The translations under genes were made by a program, and so were the position numbers. From assembly GCA_050950285.1 (NCBI GenBank), contig JBMNHG010000008.1, forward strand, positions 558,001 to 622,000: DNA of 64,000 bases, in the 5' to 3' direction. This DNA is from Kiritimatiellia bacterium. Lineage in GTDB: Bacteria; Verrucomicrobiota; Kiritimatiellia; RFP12; JBMNHG01. Shown one piece after another: positions 10,772 to 18,960 of this stretch (position 1 is its first letter; the number at the start of each line of letters is the position of its first letter). The notes beneath the pieces were generated by a model, which saw only the letters and a program-made list of their open reading frames with translations, did not search any database and was not told where the DNA came from.

Positions 10772-11458
10772 GTGAACATTCTGGTTGTCGAGGATTCAAG
10801 GGCGTTGCGCGAGACGCTGCATGACGGCCTCGCCAAGCTGGGCTACGGCGTGGATGCGGCGGGCGACGGCGCGGAGGGGCTGGCCTACGCCCTGGCCAGG
10901 GACTACGATGTGATCGTCCTGGACCTGAAGCTGCCCGGCAAGGACGGACTCTCCGTGCTGCGGGAGCTGCGCGCGGCCGGGAGGAAGACGCACGTCCTGA
11001 TCCTCTCGGCGAAGGACCAGGTCGAGGATCGCGTGCGGGGGCTCCATCTGGGGGCCGACGACTATATGATCAAACCGTTCTCGTTCGACGAGCTGTGCGC
11101 ACGGATCGGGACGCTGATCCGAAGAAGATATGACACCAAGAACCCGCAGGTCGAGATCGGCGGGCTGACCATCGACACGGCCATCCGCGAAGCCCGCCAC
11201 GGCGGTACGGTGATCCCGCTGACGCCCGGCGAGTACGCGATCCTGGAGTTCCTGGCGTTCAACCGGGGGCGGGTCATCAGCGCGGAGCAGCTGCTCGACA
11301 TGGCGCACAACAGCGACGCCGCGCCCGGCGAGAACGTGATACAGGTCATGGTGTGCAACCTGCGGAAGAAACTCGCCGCATCGGGCGCTGCCAACGTCAT
11401 CAAGACCCGCCGCGGCCATGGCTACTACATCGCCCATGAGGGGAACGCGCCAGCGTGA
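10772..11458 (+). CDS. OmpR-family response regulator (PmrA/QseB-like)
   Basis: ILVVED, VLDLKLPG, GADDYMIKPF, C-terminal wHTH (LRKKL...IKTRRGHGY). Confidence 0.95.
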   Translation: MNILVVEDSRALRETLHDGLAKLGYGVDAAGDGAEGLAYALARDYDVIVLDLKLPGKDGLSVLRELRAAGRKTHVLILSAKDQVEDRVRGLHLGADDYMIKPFSFDELCARIGTLIRRRYDTKNPQVEIGGLTIDTAIREARHGGTVIPLTPGEYAILEFLAFNRGRVISAEQLLDMAHNSDAAPGENVIQVMVCNLRKKLAASGAANVIKTRRGHGYYIAHEGNAPA

Positions 11459-12675
11459 AGACACGCACGCCGCTCGCGCGCATCCCGTCCGGCATCTGGG
11501 TGCTTGGCCTGGTCAGCCTGTTCATGGATGTCTCCTCCGAGATGATCCACAGTCTGCTTCCCCTGTTTCTGGTCGGGACACTGGGCGCAGGCACCGTCAT
11601 GGTCGGCCTGATCGAAGGGCTGGCCGAGTCAACCGCGCTCGTCGTGAAGGTGTTTTCCGGTGCACTGAGCGACTACCTGGGCAAGCGCAAGGCGCTGGCG
11701 GTGGCCGGGTATGCATTGGGCGCCCTGAGCAAGCCCTTGTTCGCTATCGCGCCGACAGCGGGGACCGTCCTTTCGGCGCGCCTGCTGGACCGGATTGGAA
11801 AGGGCATTCGGGGTGCCCCGCGCGATGCGCTGGTGGCGGACCTTGCGCCGGCCGAGATGCGGGGGGCGGCCTTTGGCTTGCGCCAGTCGCTCGACTCGGC
11901 AGGCGCGTTTCTCGGCCCCCTGCTGGCGGCCGGCCTGATGTTGCTCTGGGCCGACAATTTCCGGGCCGTGTTCTGGGTCGCCGTCCTCCCCGGCCTCCTG
12001 TCGGTGCTCCTGCTGCTGTCCGGCGTGCATGAACCGGAACGGCAGGTTTGCGGCAGGCGCACCAATCCGATCCGCCGCGAGAACCTCGAGCGCCTGGGCG
12101 GTGCCTACTGGTGGGTCGTCGGCATCGGCGCGGTATTCGCGCTGGCGCGCTTCAGCGAAGCCTTCCTGGTGCTCCGGGCCCGGGAGAATGGCGTGCCGAC
12201 CGCCTGTGTGCCGCTGGTGATGGTGATCATGAACACGGTCTACGCGGCATCCGCCTATCCATCCGGACGGCTGGCGGACAGCGTGAACCACGAAAGGCTT
12301 CTGTCCTGGGGGCTGCTGATGCTCGTGGTCGCCGATGTGGTATTGGGCTTGGCAAGCCGGTGGCCGCTCACGGTGGCTGGCGTGTCCCTGTGGGGCGTGC
12401 ACATGGGGATGACCCAGGGACTGTTCGCCAAGATGGTCGCCGATGCCGCCCCGGCCGATCTGCGCGGCACGGCCTACGGATTCTTCAACCTCGTCGGCGG
12501 GATCGCCGCGCTGGCGGCCAGCGTTGTCGCGGGAGGACTTTGGGCGCGGCTGGGGGCGTCTTCCACCTTCTATGCCGGAGCGGGTTTTGCCGCCCTTGCA
12601 CTGGCGGGGCTTGCGCTGAAAAACCGTTCCCCCGGGCGCATGACCGGACGCCCGCGGGGTTTGCGAACACCATGA
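11455..12675 (+). CDS. MFS transporter
   Basis: Multiple TM segments; GALSDYLGKRK motif A; DRIGKGIRGAPRDAL; GTGA overlap with the RR stop. Confidence 0.9.
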   Translation: MKTRTPLARIPSGIWVLGLVSLFMDVSSEMIHSLLPLFLVGTLGAGTVMVGLIEGLAESTALVVKVFSGALSDYLGKRKALAVAGYALGALSKPLFAIAPTAGTVLSARLLDRIGKGIRGAPRDALVADLAPAEMRGAAFGLRQSLDSAGAFLGPLLAAGLMLLWADNFRAVFWVAVLPGLLSVLLLLSGVHEPERQVCGRRTNPIRRENLERLGGAYWWVVGIGAVFALARFSEAFLVLRARENGVPTACVPLVMVIMNTVYAASAYPSGRLADSVNHERLLSWGLLMLVVADVVLGLASRWPLTVAGVSLWGVHMGMTQGLFAKMVADAAPADLRGTAYGFFNLVGGIAALAASVVAGGLWARLGASSTFYAGAGFAALALAGLALKNRSPGRMTGRPRGLRTP

Positions 12676-14156
12676 AATCCATCCGCGAATATCTCCGCAC
12701 GCGCGTGCTGCTGGGATCCGCCGTGATCCTGGCCGCGGGGTTCGCCGTGCTGGCGCTGGCCATACGCCGCCTGGACATCCATGAGTTTGACCAGCATCTG
12801 GAAGACAGGGCCCGGCTGCTGGCCTCGCAGATGAAACGCGAGGGCAACTCCCTCGTGTTCGTCCTGAACCGCGAGTACTGGCCGGAGTTCCAGACGGAAG
12901 CGGTGCTCGGCTATTTCCAGTTCCGGTTTACGGACGGCTCGGTCATCCTCCGTTCCGAAAGCCTCGGCGACGGAGACTTGCCGCTGCTGCCGTCCGTAGC
13001 CGGCAAGCCGTCCATCATCAACACCCGTCTGCCGGATGGCCGCCGCGGCCGCATGATCCAGTTTGCCCTGACACCGCAAACGTGCGAGACGCATGTGGAA
13101 ATCCATGGAGCCGGGAACCCGGATGCCTTCCATGTTCCCATCCCCGGCGCGCTGCAGGCGGAATCGTCCATTGCCGTCCTCGGCTTCGCCCACAGCCGCG
13201 AGAAGCTCGACGCCCTGCTGCTGACCGTCTATCTGACGCTTGCCGGCATGGTACTGCTCATCCTGGGCCTGATTGCCATCCTGTTGCGCCGGGTGCTGCG
13301 CCGCGGCTTCCTTTCCATCGAGGAGATGAACGCGCAGATCCGCGGGCTCGGGCCGGAGGACATGCGCCGACGCGTGACCCTGGCGACGGTTCCCGGCGAG
13401 CTCGAGGCCGTCGTCTCCTCGCTGAACCAGTTGCTCGACCGGCTCGATACCTCGCTGCAGCATGAGAGGCGCTTCATCAGCGACGTGGCGCACGAGCTGC
13501 GCACGCCCGTGGCGGAATTCCGGGCGGCATGCGAGGTGGGCGGGAAGTGGGCCGACGATCCGGCGCTGGTAGCGCGGCGCTTCGCGAATCTCCGCGAATC
13601 GGCCGCCAACATGGAACAGATGCTCAACGATCTTCTCGATCTCAGCCGGCTGGACAGGGGCGCGGTGCAGATATCCCCGGTGTCCACCGGCATGGCGGCG
13701 CTCGCGGATTCCTGCTGGGCGCGCGTCTGCAGCAGCGGCGCCGGCACGGGGCACCCGTTCGAGAACCGCATCGACCGCGCACTGCGCCTCGCCATCGATC
13801 CGCCCAAGCTGGAGCAGATTGTATTCAACCTTCTGGACAACGCGGCACAGTACAGTCCGCCCGGGGCGGCGGTTGTCTGCACCGGCGAACTGGACGGAGG
13901 ACTATGGGAGCTGTGCTTCAGCAATCCCGTGCAGGATCTCGAACAGAAGGATCTCGAGCACCTCTTCGAGCGCTTCTGGCGCAAGGATGCGGCCCGTACG
14001 GCGGGCGGGCATGCCGGGCTGGGGTTGTCCATCGTCGAGGCCCTCGCCGGGGCGCTGGGCATCCGGGTCGCAGCCGACCTCGCCGGCAACGGGGTTTTCA
14101 CCATCCGCCTCCGGTTCCCCGCCCGGGCATCCATGCAGGGGTGCGATTCAAAATAG
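12672..14156 (+). CDS. sensor histidine kinase (PmrB/QseC-like)
   Basis: ATGA overlap with MFS stop; two TM segments, HAMP, H-box AHELRTP, NLLDNA, GLGLSIV. Confidence 0.93.
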   Translation: MKSIREYLRTRVLLGSAVILAAGFAVLALAIRRLDIHEFDQHLEDRARLLASQMKREGNSLVFVLNREYWPEFQTEAVLGYFQFRFTDGSVILRSESLGDGDLPLLPSVAGKPSIINTRLPDGRRGRMIQFALTPQTCETHVEIHGAGNPDAFHVPIPGALQAESSIAVLGFAHSREKLDALLLTVYLTLAGMVLLILGLIAILLRRVLRRGFLSIEEMNAQIRGLGPEDMRRRVTLATVPGELEAVVSSLNQLLDRLDTSLQHERRFISDVAHELRTPVAEFRAACEVGGKWADDPALVARRFANLRESAANMEQMLNDLLDLSRLDRGAVQISPVSTGMAALADSCWARVCSSGAGTGHPFENRIDRALRLAIDPPKLEQIVFNLLDNAAQYSPPGAAVVCTGELDGGLWELCFSNPVQDLEQKDLEHLFERFWRKDAARTAGGHAGLGLSIVEALAGALGIRVAADLAGNGVFTIRLRFPARASMQGCDSK

Positions 14157-14174
14157 TTGAATCACAAAGGCGCG

Positions 14175-14317
14175 AGGGTTCAGGGTTCAATCCTAAACTT
14201 TGTCGCGAGCTTTGCCGGTAACTTTGTCGCCTTCGTCGAAAGCAACAGGGAAAGCCCACGCGAAGCCGCAAAGCCGCAAAGAGTTCTAAAGTTCGGGAGT
14301 TCTAAAGTTCTAAAGTT
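14175..14317. repeat. cluster of four different short tandem repeats
   Basis: AGGGTTC x2; AACTTTGTCGCG-like 12-mer x3; CGCAAAGC-like 8-mer x3; AGTTCTAA-like 8-mer x4. Confidence 0.8.
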
Positions 14318-14388
14318 AGAGGCCTGCGCCTGTACCGAACCACCCCGTCAGCCGCGCCAGCGCAAGCTCACGGTACAGCGAACCGGAA

Positions 14389-14648
14389 GGTAGGGCGAGC
14401 CGCCTGTCATACGTAGCCTTGGCGAAGTATGGTCCCCGTCACGCCGCTACGCGGTGTGACCGGCGAGCCGTGCACAAGGCATTGTAACGCCAACCCCGCC
14501 AATTCCGCCACCTATCCGCCCTTGCGGGAGCGGCCCCAGAGTGGCGCGGACATTCCTGTCTGCGCACGTCCACGAGGGCAGACAGGAATGTCTGCCCCAC
14601 ACTACCACGCTCCATCGCTGCGGCTAGCCGGGACGGCGTCGCCCCACC
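14389..14648. repeat. nested REP/REPIN-like inverted repeats
   Basis: Outer arms 14389-14470 (interrupted) and 14621-14648; inner pair GTGGCGCGGACATTCCTGTCTGCGC (14541-14565) / GGGCAGACAGGAATGTCTGCCCCAC (14576-14600). Confidence 0.75.
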
Positions 14649-14765
14649 TGTGCTGGCGCGCCTTTGCCGGAGCATTCCCGGCACTCGACGACAGCCGACG
14701 ACAATCAACGACAATCGTCAACGACGGGCAACCGGTAGATAAGCCCCCTTCCCCAAACTATGTCC

Positions 14766-14906
14766 CGCCCCTACAGGGCTAGTCGTCTTTGCCCCTTTCC
14801 CCAGGGCGTTGCCCTGGGCTGGTATGTTTCGCCCCTTCAGGGCTTGCATATGAGCATAGGCACGCGGCATGTCGAAAGTAACCGGGGACGAGCAGACGCT
14901 CGTCCC
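14766..14906. repeat. REP-like palindromic elements
   Basis: CGCCCCT(A/T)CAGGGCT x2 flanking the CCCAGGGCGTTGCCCTGGG hairpin; GGGACGAGC-AGAC-GCTCGTCCC hairpin (related copy at 25938-25957). Confidence 0.7.
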
Positions 14907-15112
14907 TCCCGACCGGACGCCCGGTACCGCCGCCTACACCTAAATTAGGCCACCCCGCGCGGCGCACTACGTGCGCAAGCGGTTTTGCGCGGCCTGGCCG
15001 CGCTTTCTTTCCCGCCCCCTGCGGCGGCAGATGCCGTCGCGGCCGTGTCGGCCGCGACGGATGTACCCCATACCCGCTCATGCCGCCTGCAAGAACGTCT
15101 GTCCCCCGGCCA

Positions 15113-15240
15113 GAGTACCGCCTTCAGGCGGAAGTGGTTCAGGGGCTTCAGCCCCGTTCCCATGCCCCCTTTTTTCATGGGAAAAAGGGCTTCGCGGGCC
15201 TGAAGGCCCTTGTTGACTTCCGGCTGAAGCCGGTACTCCG
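15113..15240. repeat. REPIN-like inverted repeat
   Basis: GAGTACCGCCTTCAGGCGGAAG (15113-15134) / CTTCCGGCTGAAGCCGGTACTC (15217-15238), with internal GGGGCTTCAGCCCC and GGGCCTGAAGGCCC hairpins. Confidence 0.75.
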
Positions 15241-15413
15241 ACCCGACTGCGAACCCCATGCAAGGAACAGTACGCATAGCCCATGCCTGCCGCCAAGCTG
15301 ACCCTATTGACGAGGTTTCCCGCTGCGCGGGCGCATAAATCGACCTTGCTGACCCTATTGACGGGCTGGTGCCTGGGCGTGAGCTACTGTCAATCTCGTC
15401 AATAAGGTCATCT

Positions 15414-16007
15414 TCAAGCGGTTTGCCCACCATCAGCCAGCGCCGCCGCGAACGGCGCCAGTTCAAACTCGCTGATATCCTTCGCGCCGCGGGCGAGAAT
15501 GGCGGCGTTGGCGGGGTGGTCGAAGGTGTAGACGGGCTTGCCCTCCGCGAGAAGCTCGAAGGTGAGCGCCTCGACCTTGCAGCCGGGCTCGGCGTGCGGC
15601 ACGAGGACGGCGGTGGCCAGATCGGCAATCACACGGTTGCGCACCATGGCGGTTCTGGTATTAGCCTGAGCGACCTCGGGCTTGAATGGCGAGATGACCA
15701 GCAAGCGCCTTTCGGCAATGGCGAGGCGGCAATAGGCCCGCTTGGCCGGAATGCGCTTGAAGAGTCCCCGGGCCAGGCACCAGACCACCGGATAAGGGGA
15801 GCGCAGCAGGATGCGCAGGCACTCCTCCTCCATCGCCGAATGGAAGCCGCTGATGACCGTCACGCCCAGTCTGCGGAACAACCCGACCAGATCGTAGGTG
15901 TCCAGAATGAGCCTGCCGGGGCACTTGCGCGAGCACAGCAGCCCCACCATGGGACGATCGGGGATGGGGGTGTCGCCCCTGCTGTAGATGTTCGGATACC
16001 CGGTCAT
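15414..16007 (-). CDS. DprA/Smf-like (SLOG-fold) standalone protein
   Basis: ATGA overlap with upstream gene; LLCSRKCPG, VISGFHSAMEEE, RNRVIADLA motifs of short DprA-like proteins. Confidence 0.75.
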   Translation of the reverse strand: MTGYPNIYSRGDTPIPDRPMVGLLCSRKCPGRLILDTYDLVGLFRRLGVTVISGFHSAMEEECLRILLRSPYPVVWCLARGLFKRIPAKRAYCRLAIAERRLLVISPFKPEVAQANTRTAMVRNRVIADLATAVLVPHAEPGCKVEALTFELLAEGKPVYTFDHPANAAILARGAKDISEFELAPFAAALADGGQTA

Positions 16008-16867
16008 GTGTTCACCGCCCCTTTGCACTGGGGATAGCCTGAGCAGCCCCAGAACTGCTGACCGGCGTTCCTGCCGCTCTTGGCCGTCCGCAACACCATG
16101 GGCTTGCCGCATTGCGGGCAGGCGGGAATGCGATCAGACAGATCAGACGGATCGGCCTGATCATGCCTGCGCCGCTCCCGCTCGGCCAGGCGCGCGGCGG
16201 CGAGCCGTTCGCTGTAGCCGCCGCCTTCGATGAACTGCTCTTCGACGGTTGCGATCTGCTGGTCGAGCAGGTAGTTCGCCTGGTTGATCAGGCAGATCAG
16301 CGCATTCGCGCGCACGGCGGGGTCGGCGTGTTCCAGCCACGGCTCATACAGCGCCCAGCGCTCTTGATCGGTCAGATCGGTCAGATCAGACGGATTAGAC
16401 GGATCAGTCTGATCTTCTCTGAAGCGTCGCGGGACCGCGCGTACAGTGTGCGCCTCTGCGCTGTCCCGTTTCCACTGCGGCAGGTGCCGGTGACGCAGGA
16501 AATCCTCGAAGTCGAGCAGCAGTTCCTCCAGGCTCGCGCGGGCGACATTGAGCAGGCGCAGTTCCGTTTGCGACGATGTGGCCGAAGCGCGGCTGCCCTC
16601 GGCGATGTTCTGGCGACCCGACCGCGCCGCCTGCACCATCTGGTCCGCCATCCGCGACCGCGGGTCGAGGAACTTTTCGCAGAACCAATAGGTGGCGTCG
16701 TAGATAATCGTAGTCGCTTGGAAGCTCGCCGTCTTGCGATAGCCGCCGCTCGGGCGCAACTTCCTGCGCCCTCTCATCGGCTGATTCGCCCGATCCGTCC
16801 GATCCGTCCGATCAGCCTGATCAGTCTGATCTGTTTGATCCGGCAACGCGCTCTGCCGCTCTTCCAT
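16004..16867 (-). CDS. four-helix-bundle protein with suffix domain and C-terminal topoisomerase-type Zn ribbon
   Basis: DQMVQAARSGRQNIAEG, ARASLEELLLDFEDFLR, FIEGGGYSERL; CPQCGKPMVLR...FWGCSGYPQC; start uncertain (16876/16867/16777). Confidence 0.85.
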   Translation of the reverse strand: MEERQSALPDQTDQTDQADRTDRTDRANQPMRGRRKLRPSGGYRKTASFQATTIIYDATYWFCEKFLDPRSRMADQMVQAARSGRQNIAEGSRASATSSQTELRLLNVARASLEELLLDFEDFLRHRHLPQWKRDSAEAHTVRAVPRRFREDQTDPSNPSDLTDLTDQERWALYEPWLEHADPAVRANALICLINQANYLLDQQIATVEEQFIEGGGYSERLAAARLAERERRRHDQADPSDLSDRIPACPQCGKPMVLRTAKSGRNAGQQFWGCSGYPQCKGAVNT

Positions 16868-16896
16868 CGCCCTCACTCCTCCTCCATCGCCGAATG

Positions 16897-17081
16897 GAAG
16901 CCGCTCAACACGTTGCCTGGGTTGTCCTCGTTCATGTCTTCATTACTCCCTTGCTCTGCTGATCAGTCCGATCCGTCCAATCAGACGGATCATGAGTTGT
17001 GTTCACTTGACCAGCCCTTTCTCGACGTTGCGGAAGGCGTTGTGAGCCGCGATCTTCACCTCATCGGAAACTAGCGGGAAG
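16897..17081. repeat. 185-bp direct repeat of 18855-19039 (MTase 3' end, spacer, Mrr-N 5' end)
   Basis: Near-identical copy at an offset of 1958 bp. Confidence 0.92.
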
Positions 17082-17239
17082 CCGCTGATGACTGTGACGC
17101 CCAGCCTGCGGAACAGCCCCACCAGATCATAGGTGCCCAGAATGAGCCTGCCGGGGCACTTGCGCGAGCACAGCAGCCCGACCATGGGATGATCGGGAAT
17201 TTCGGCACCGCCATAGACCTGAATGTCGAACTGTTTCAT
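17003..17239 (-). pseudogene. chimeric ORF: 5' part of a second DprA-like gene fused to the MTase C-terminal 24 codons
   Basis: MVGLLCSRKCPGRLILGTYDLVGLFRRLGVTVISGF followed by PLVSDEVKIAAHNAFRNVEKGLVK, identical to the end of 18961..22377. Confidence 0.85.
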
Positions 17240-18315
17240 GCCTTTCCACCTTTGCGCTTGCGTTTAGAAGAAGGCTTCTTTCTCGTCGCCTCCAATGCCT
17301 TGGTTGCAGACTTCAAATCCTCGATGTACTGCTTTTCAGCGGCCTCTTCCGCGTGCAGACGACGACGCTCGGCGAAGGCATCGTATTGGGACTCGGCCCA
17401 TATTCGGGCTTCTTCCTGGCCGACTGTTCCCGGGCCTCCTAAGACTGGCAGTTCGGTGTCGCGAAGGAACTTGTCAAGAAACGCGGTCCAGTCGCGCATC
17501 TTGATGTCGGTTCGGCGCTGGGCGCGGAACTCGGCCTGATCGAGGAACATGACCACAATGCGGTTAAGTATATCGATTTCTTGCTCGCCCAAATAATTCT
17601 TTGCTGTCAGAACGTCGCGCTTCAGGACTCTCCCGCCAGTCCATGTGGTTAGTCCCATGTTGGCCTGCGTGGCATCTGCACGCCGCCGTACGATTTCCGC
17701 TGCCGTCATGCCGGTGGCGGCGAAGTGCATCTTATTTTGCATGGTGGCAAAGAAGACCTGCGTCTCCCGCTCGCCTTCCCGGTAATCGGTGGCCAAGGCG
17801 AATATCTCGCGGACACGCTGATACACCCGCTTCTCGCTGGCGCGGATTTCACGAATGCGGGCAAGCAGTTCGTCGAAGTAGTCAACCATTCGATCCCTGC
17901 CCTTCAACCGTTCGTCGTCGAGCGTGAATCCTTTTACGATGTACTCGCGCAGACGCTCCGTCGCCCACTGCCGAAAACGGGTTGCTACAGCAGACCTCAC
18001 CCGGTAGCCGACGGAAATGATCATATCAAGGTTGTAATAGTCGAGCTTTCGCCGGACTTGGCGGGTGCCTTCTTGACGAACTGACAAGAAATCCTTGTGA
18101 GTTGCCTCGGGGTGGAGTTCCCCTTCCGCGTAGATGTTCTGGATATGAAGGCTTATGTTCTGTTGAGTCGTCTGAAACAACTCCGCCATAAGCTGTTGCG
18201 TCAGCCAGACGGTCTCGTTCTCCAGCCGGACCTCAATCCGGCTCCGCCCATCCTCAGTCTGGTAGAGGATAATGCTGGAATTGGGCATGTGGTTGTTATT
18301 TGGATCAGTGCTCAT
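17236..18315 (-). CDS. rhuM: RhuM-family DNA-binding protein
   Basis: IILYQTEDG, ETVWLTQQLMAELF, YYNLDMIISVGYRV, FRQWATERLREYIVKGF, IREIRASEKR; ATGA overlaps at both ends. Confidence 0.9.
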   Translation of the reverse strand: MSTDPNNNHMPNSSIILYQTEDGRSRIEVRLENETVWLTQQLMAELFQTTQQNISLHIQNIYAEGELHPEATHKDFLSVRQEGTRQVRRKLDYYNLDMIISVGYRVRSAVATRFRQWATERLREYIVKGFTLDDERLKGRDRMVDYFDELLARIREIRASEKRVYQRVREIFALATDYREGERETQVFFATMQNKMHFAATGMTAAEIVRRRADATQANMGLTTWTGGRVLKRDVLTAKNYLGEQEIDILNRIVVMFLDQAEFRAQRRTDIKMRDWTAFLDKFLRDTELPVLGGPGTVGQEEARIWAESQYDAFAERRRLHAEEAAEKQYIEDLKSATKALEATRKKPSSKRKRKGGKA

Positions 18316-18893
18316 GGTCGCTTGCCTTGCGCGAGTCGCAGTCTGCCGGCGTCCGAGATTTCCCAGGTGCCGTGCGGTGAGTCGTCCTTGAGCAACCCCT
18401 CCTGGCGCATGGTGTTGCGTGCCCACTGGGCCGTATTGCGCCAGCGCGGCATGTCGGGGTTGCTGGAAAGCGGCTCGTAATCCACGTCCTTGAGGACAGG
18501 CTTCATGGCCTTGTGAACCTTGTTAAGGACGCTCTGCATCTTGGCGCTGCCACCAAGCTCATCAAGCGCCTTGAGAATCGGCAGATAAAAATCGGTCTCC
18601 GTTGTGCGCAGCCCCCTGCGCAGACGGCCCAGATTCTGTCGCTCTACTTTGGCCTCCTCATCCTGATCGTCATCCGCGCCACCGATGGCATCCCACTGCT
18701 TGCGCAAGTCGGCCACCTTGTCACGAAACTCAGTGACCATCTTCGCCCGGGCGATGGCAGCTTCCGCCTTGCCAAAGTCCCGGTTCTCAAAGGCACGGGC
18801 ACCGCTGCGCGTGCAAATATCAATCTCGGCCTCGAGTTCCTCCAGAAGGATTTCGAAGCCACTCAACACGTTGCCTGGGGTGCTCTCGTTCAT
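18312..18893 (-). CDS. Mrr N-terminal-like winged-helix protein, no nuclease domain
   Basis: N-terminal coiled coil, then FYLPILKAL..LGGSA...PRWRNTAQWARNTM..EGLL...HGTWEIS. Confidence 0.75.
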   Translation of the reverse strand: MNESTPGNVLSGFEILLEELEAEIDICTRSGARAFENRDFGKAEAAIARAKMVTEFRDKVADLRKQWDAIGGADDDQDEEAKVERQNLGRLRRGLRTTETDFYLPILKALDELGGSAKMQSVLNKVHKAMKPVLKDVDYEPLSSNPDMPRWRNTAQWARNTMRQEGLLKDDSPHGTWEISDAGRLRLAQGKRP

Positions 18894-18960
18894 GTCTTCA
18901 TTACTCCCTTGCTCTGCTGATCAGTCCGATCCGTCTGATCAGACGGATCATGAGTTGTGT

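Noticed and set aside
14157..15400. Short ORFs in the repeat patchwork
   Set aside because: They are translations of tandem repeats and palindromes without codon bias or known motifs
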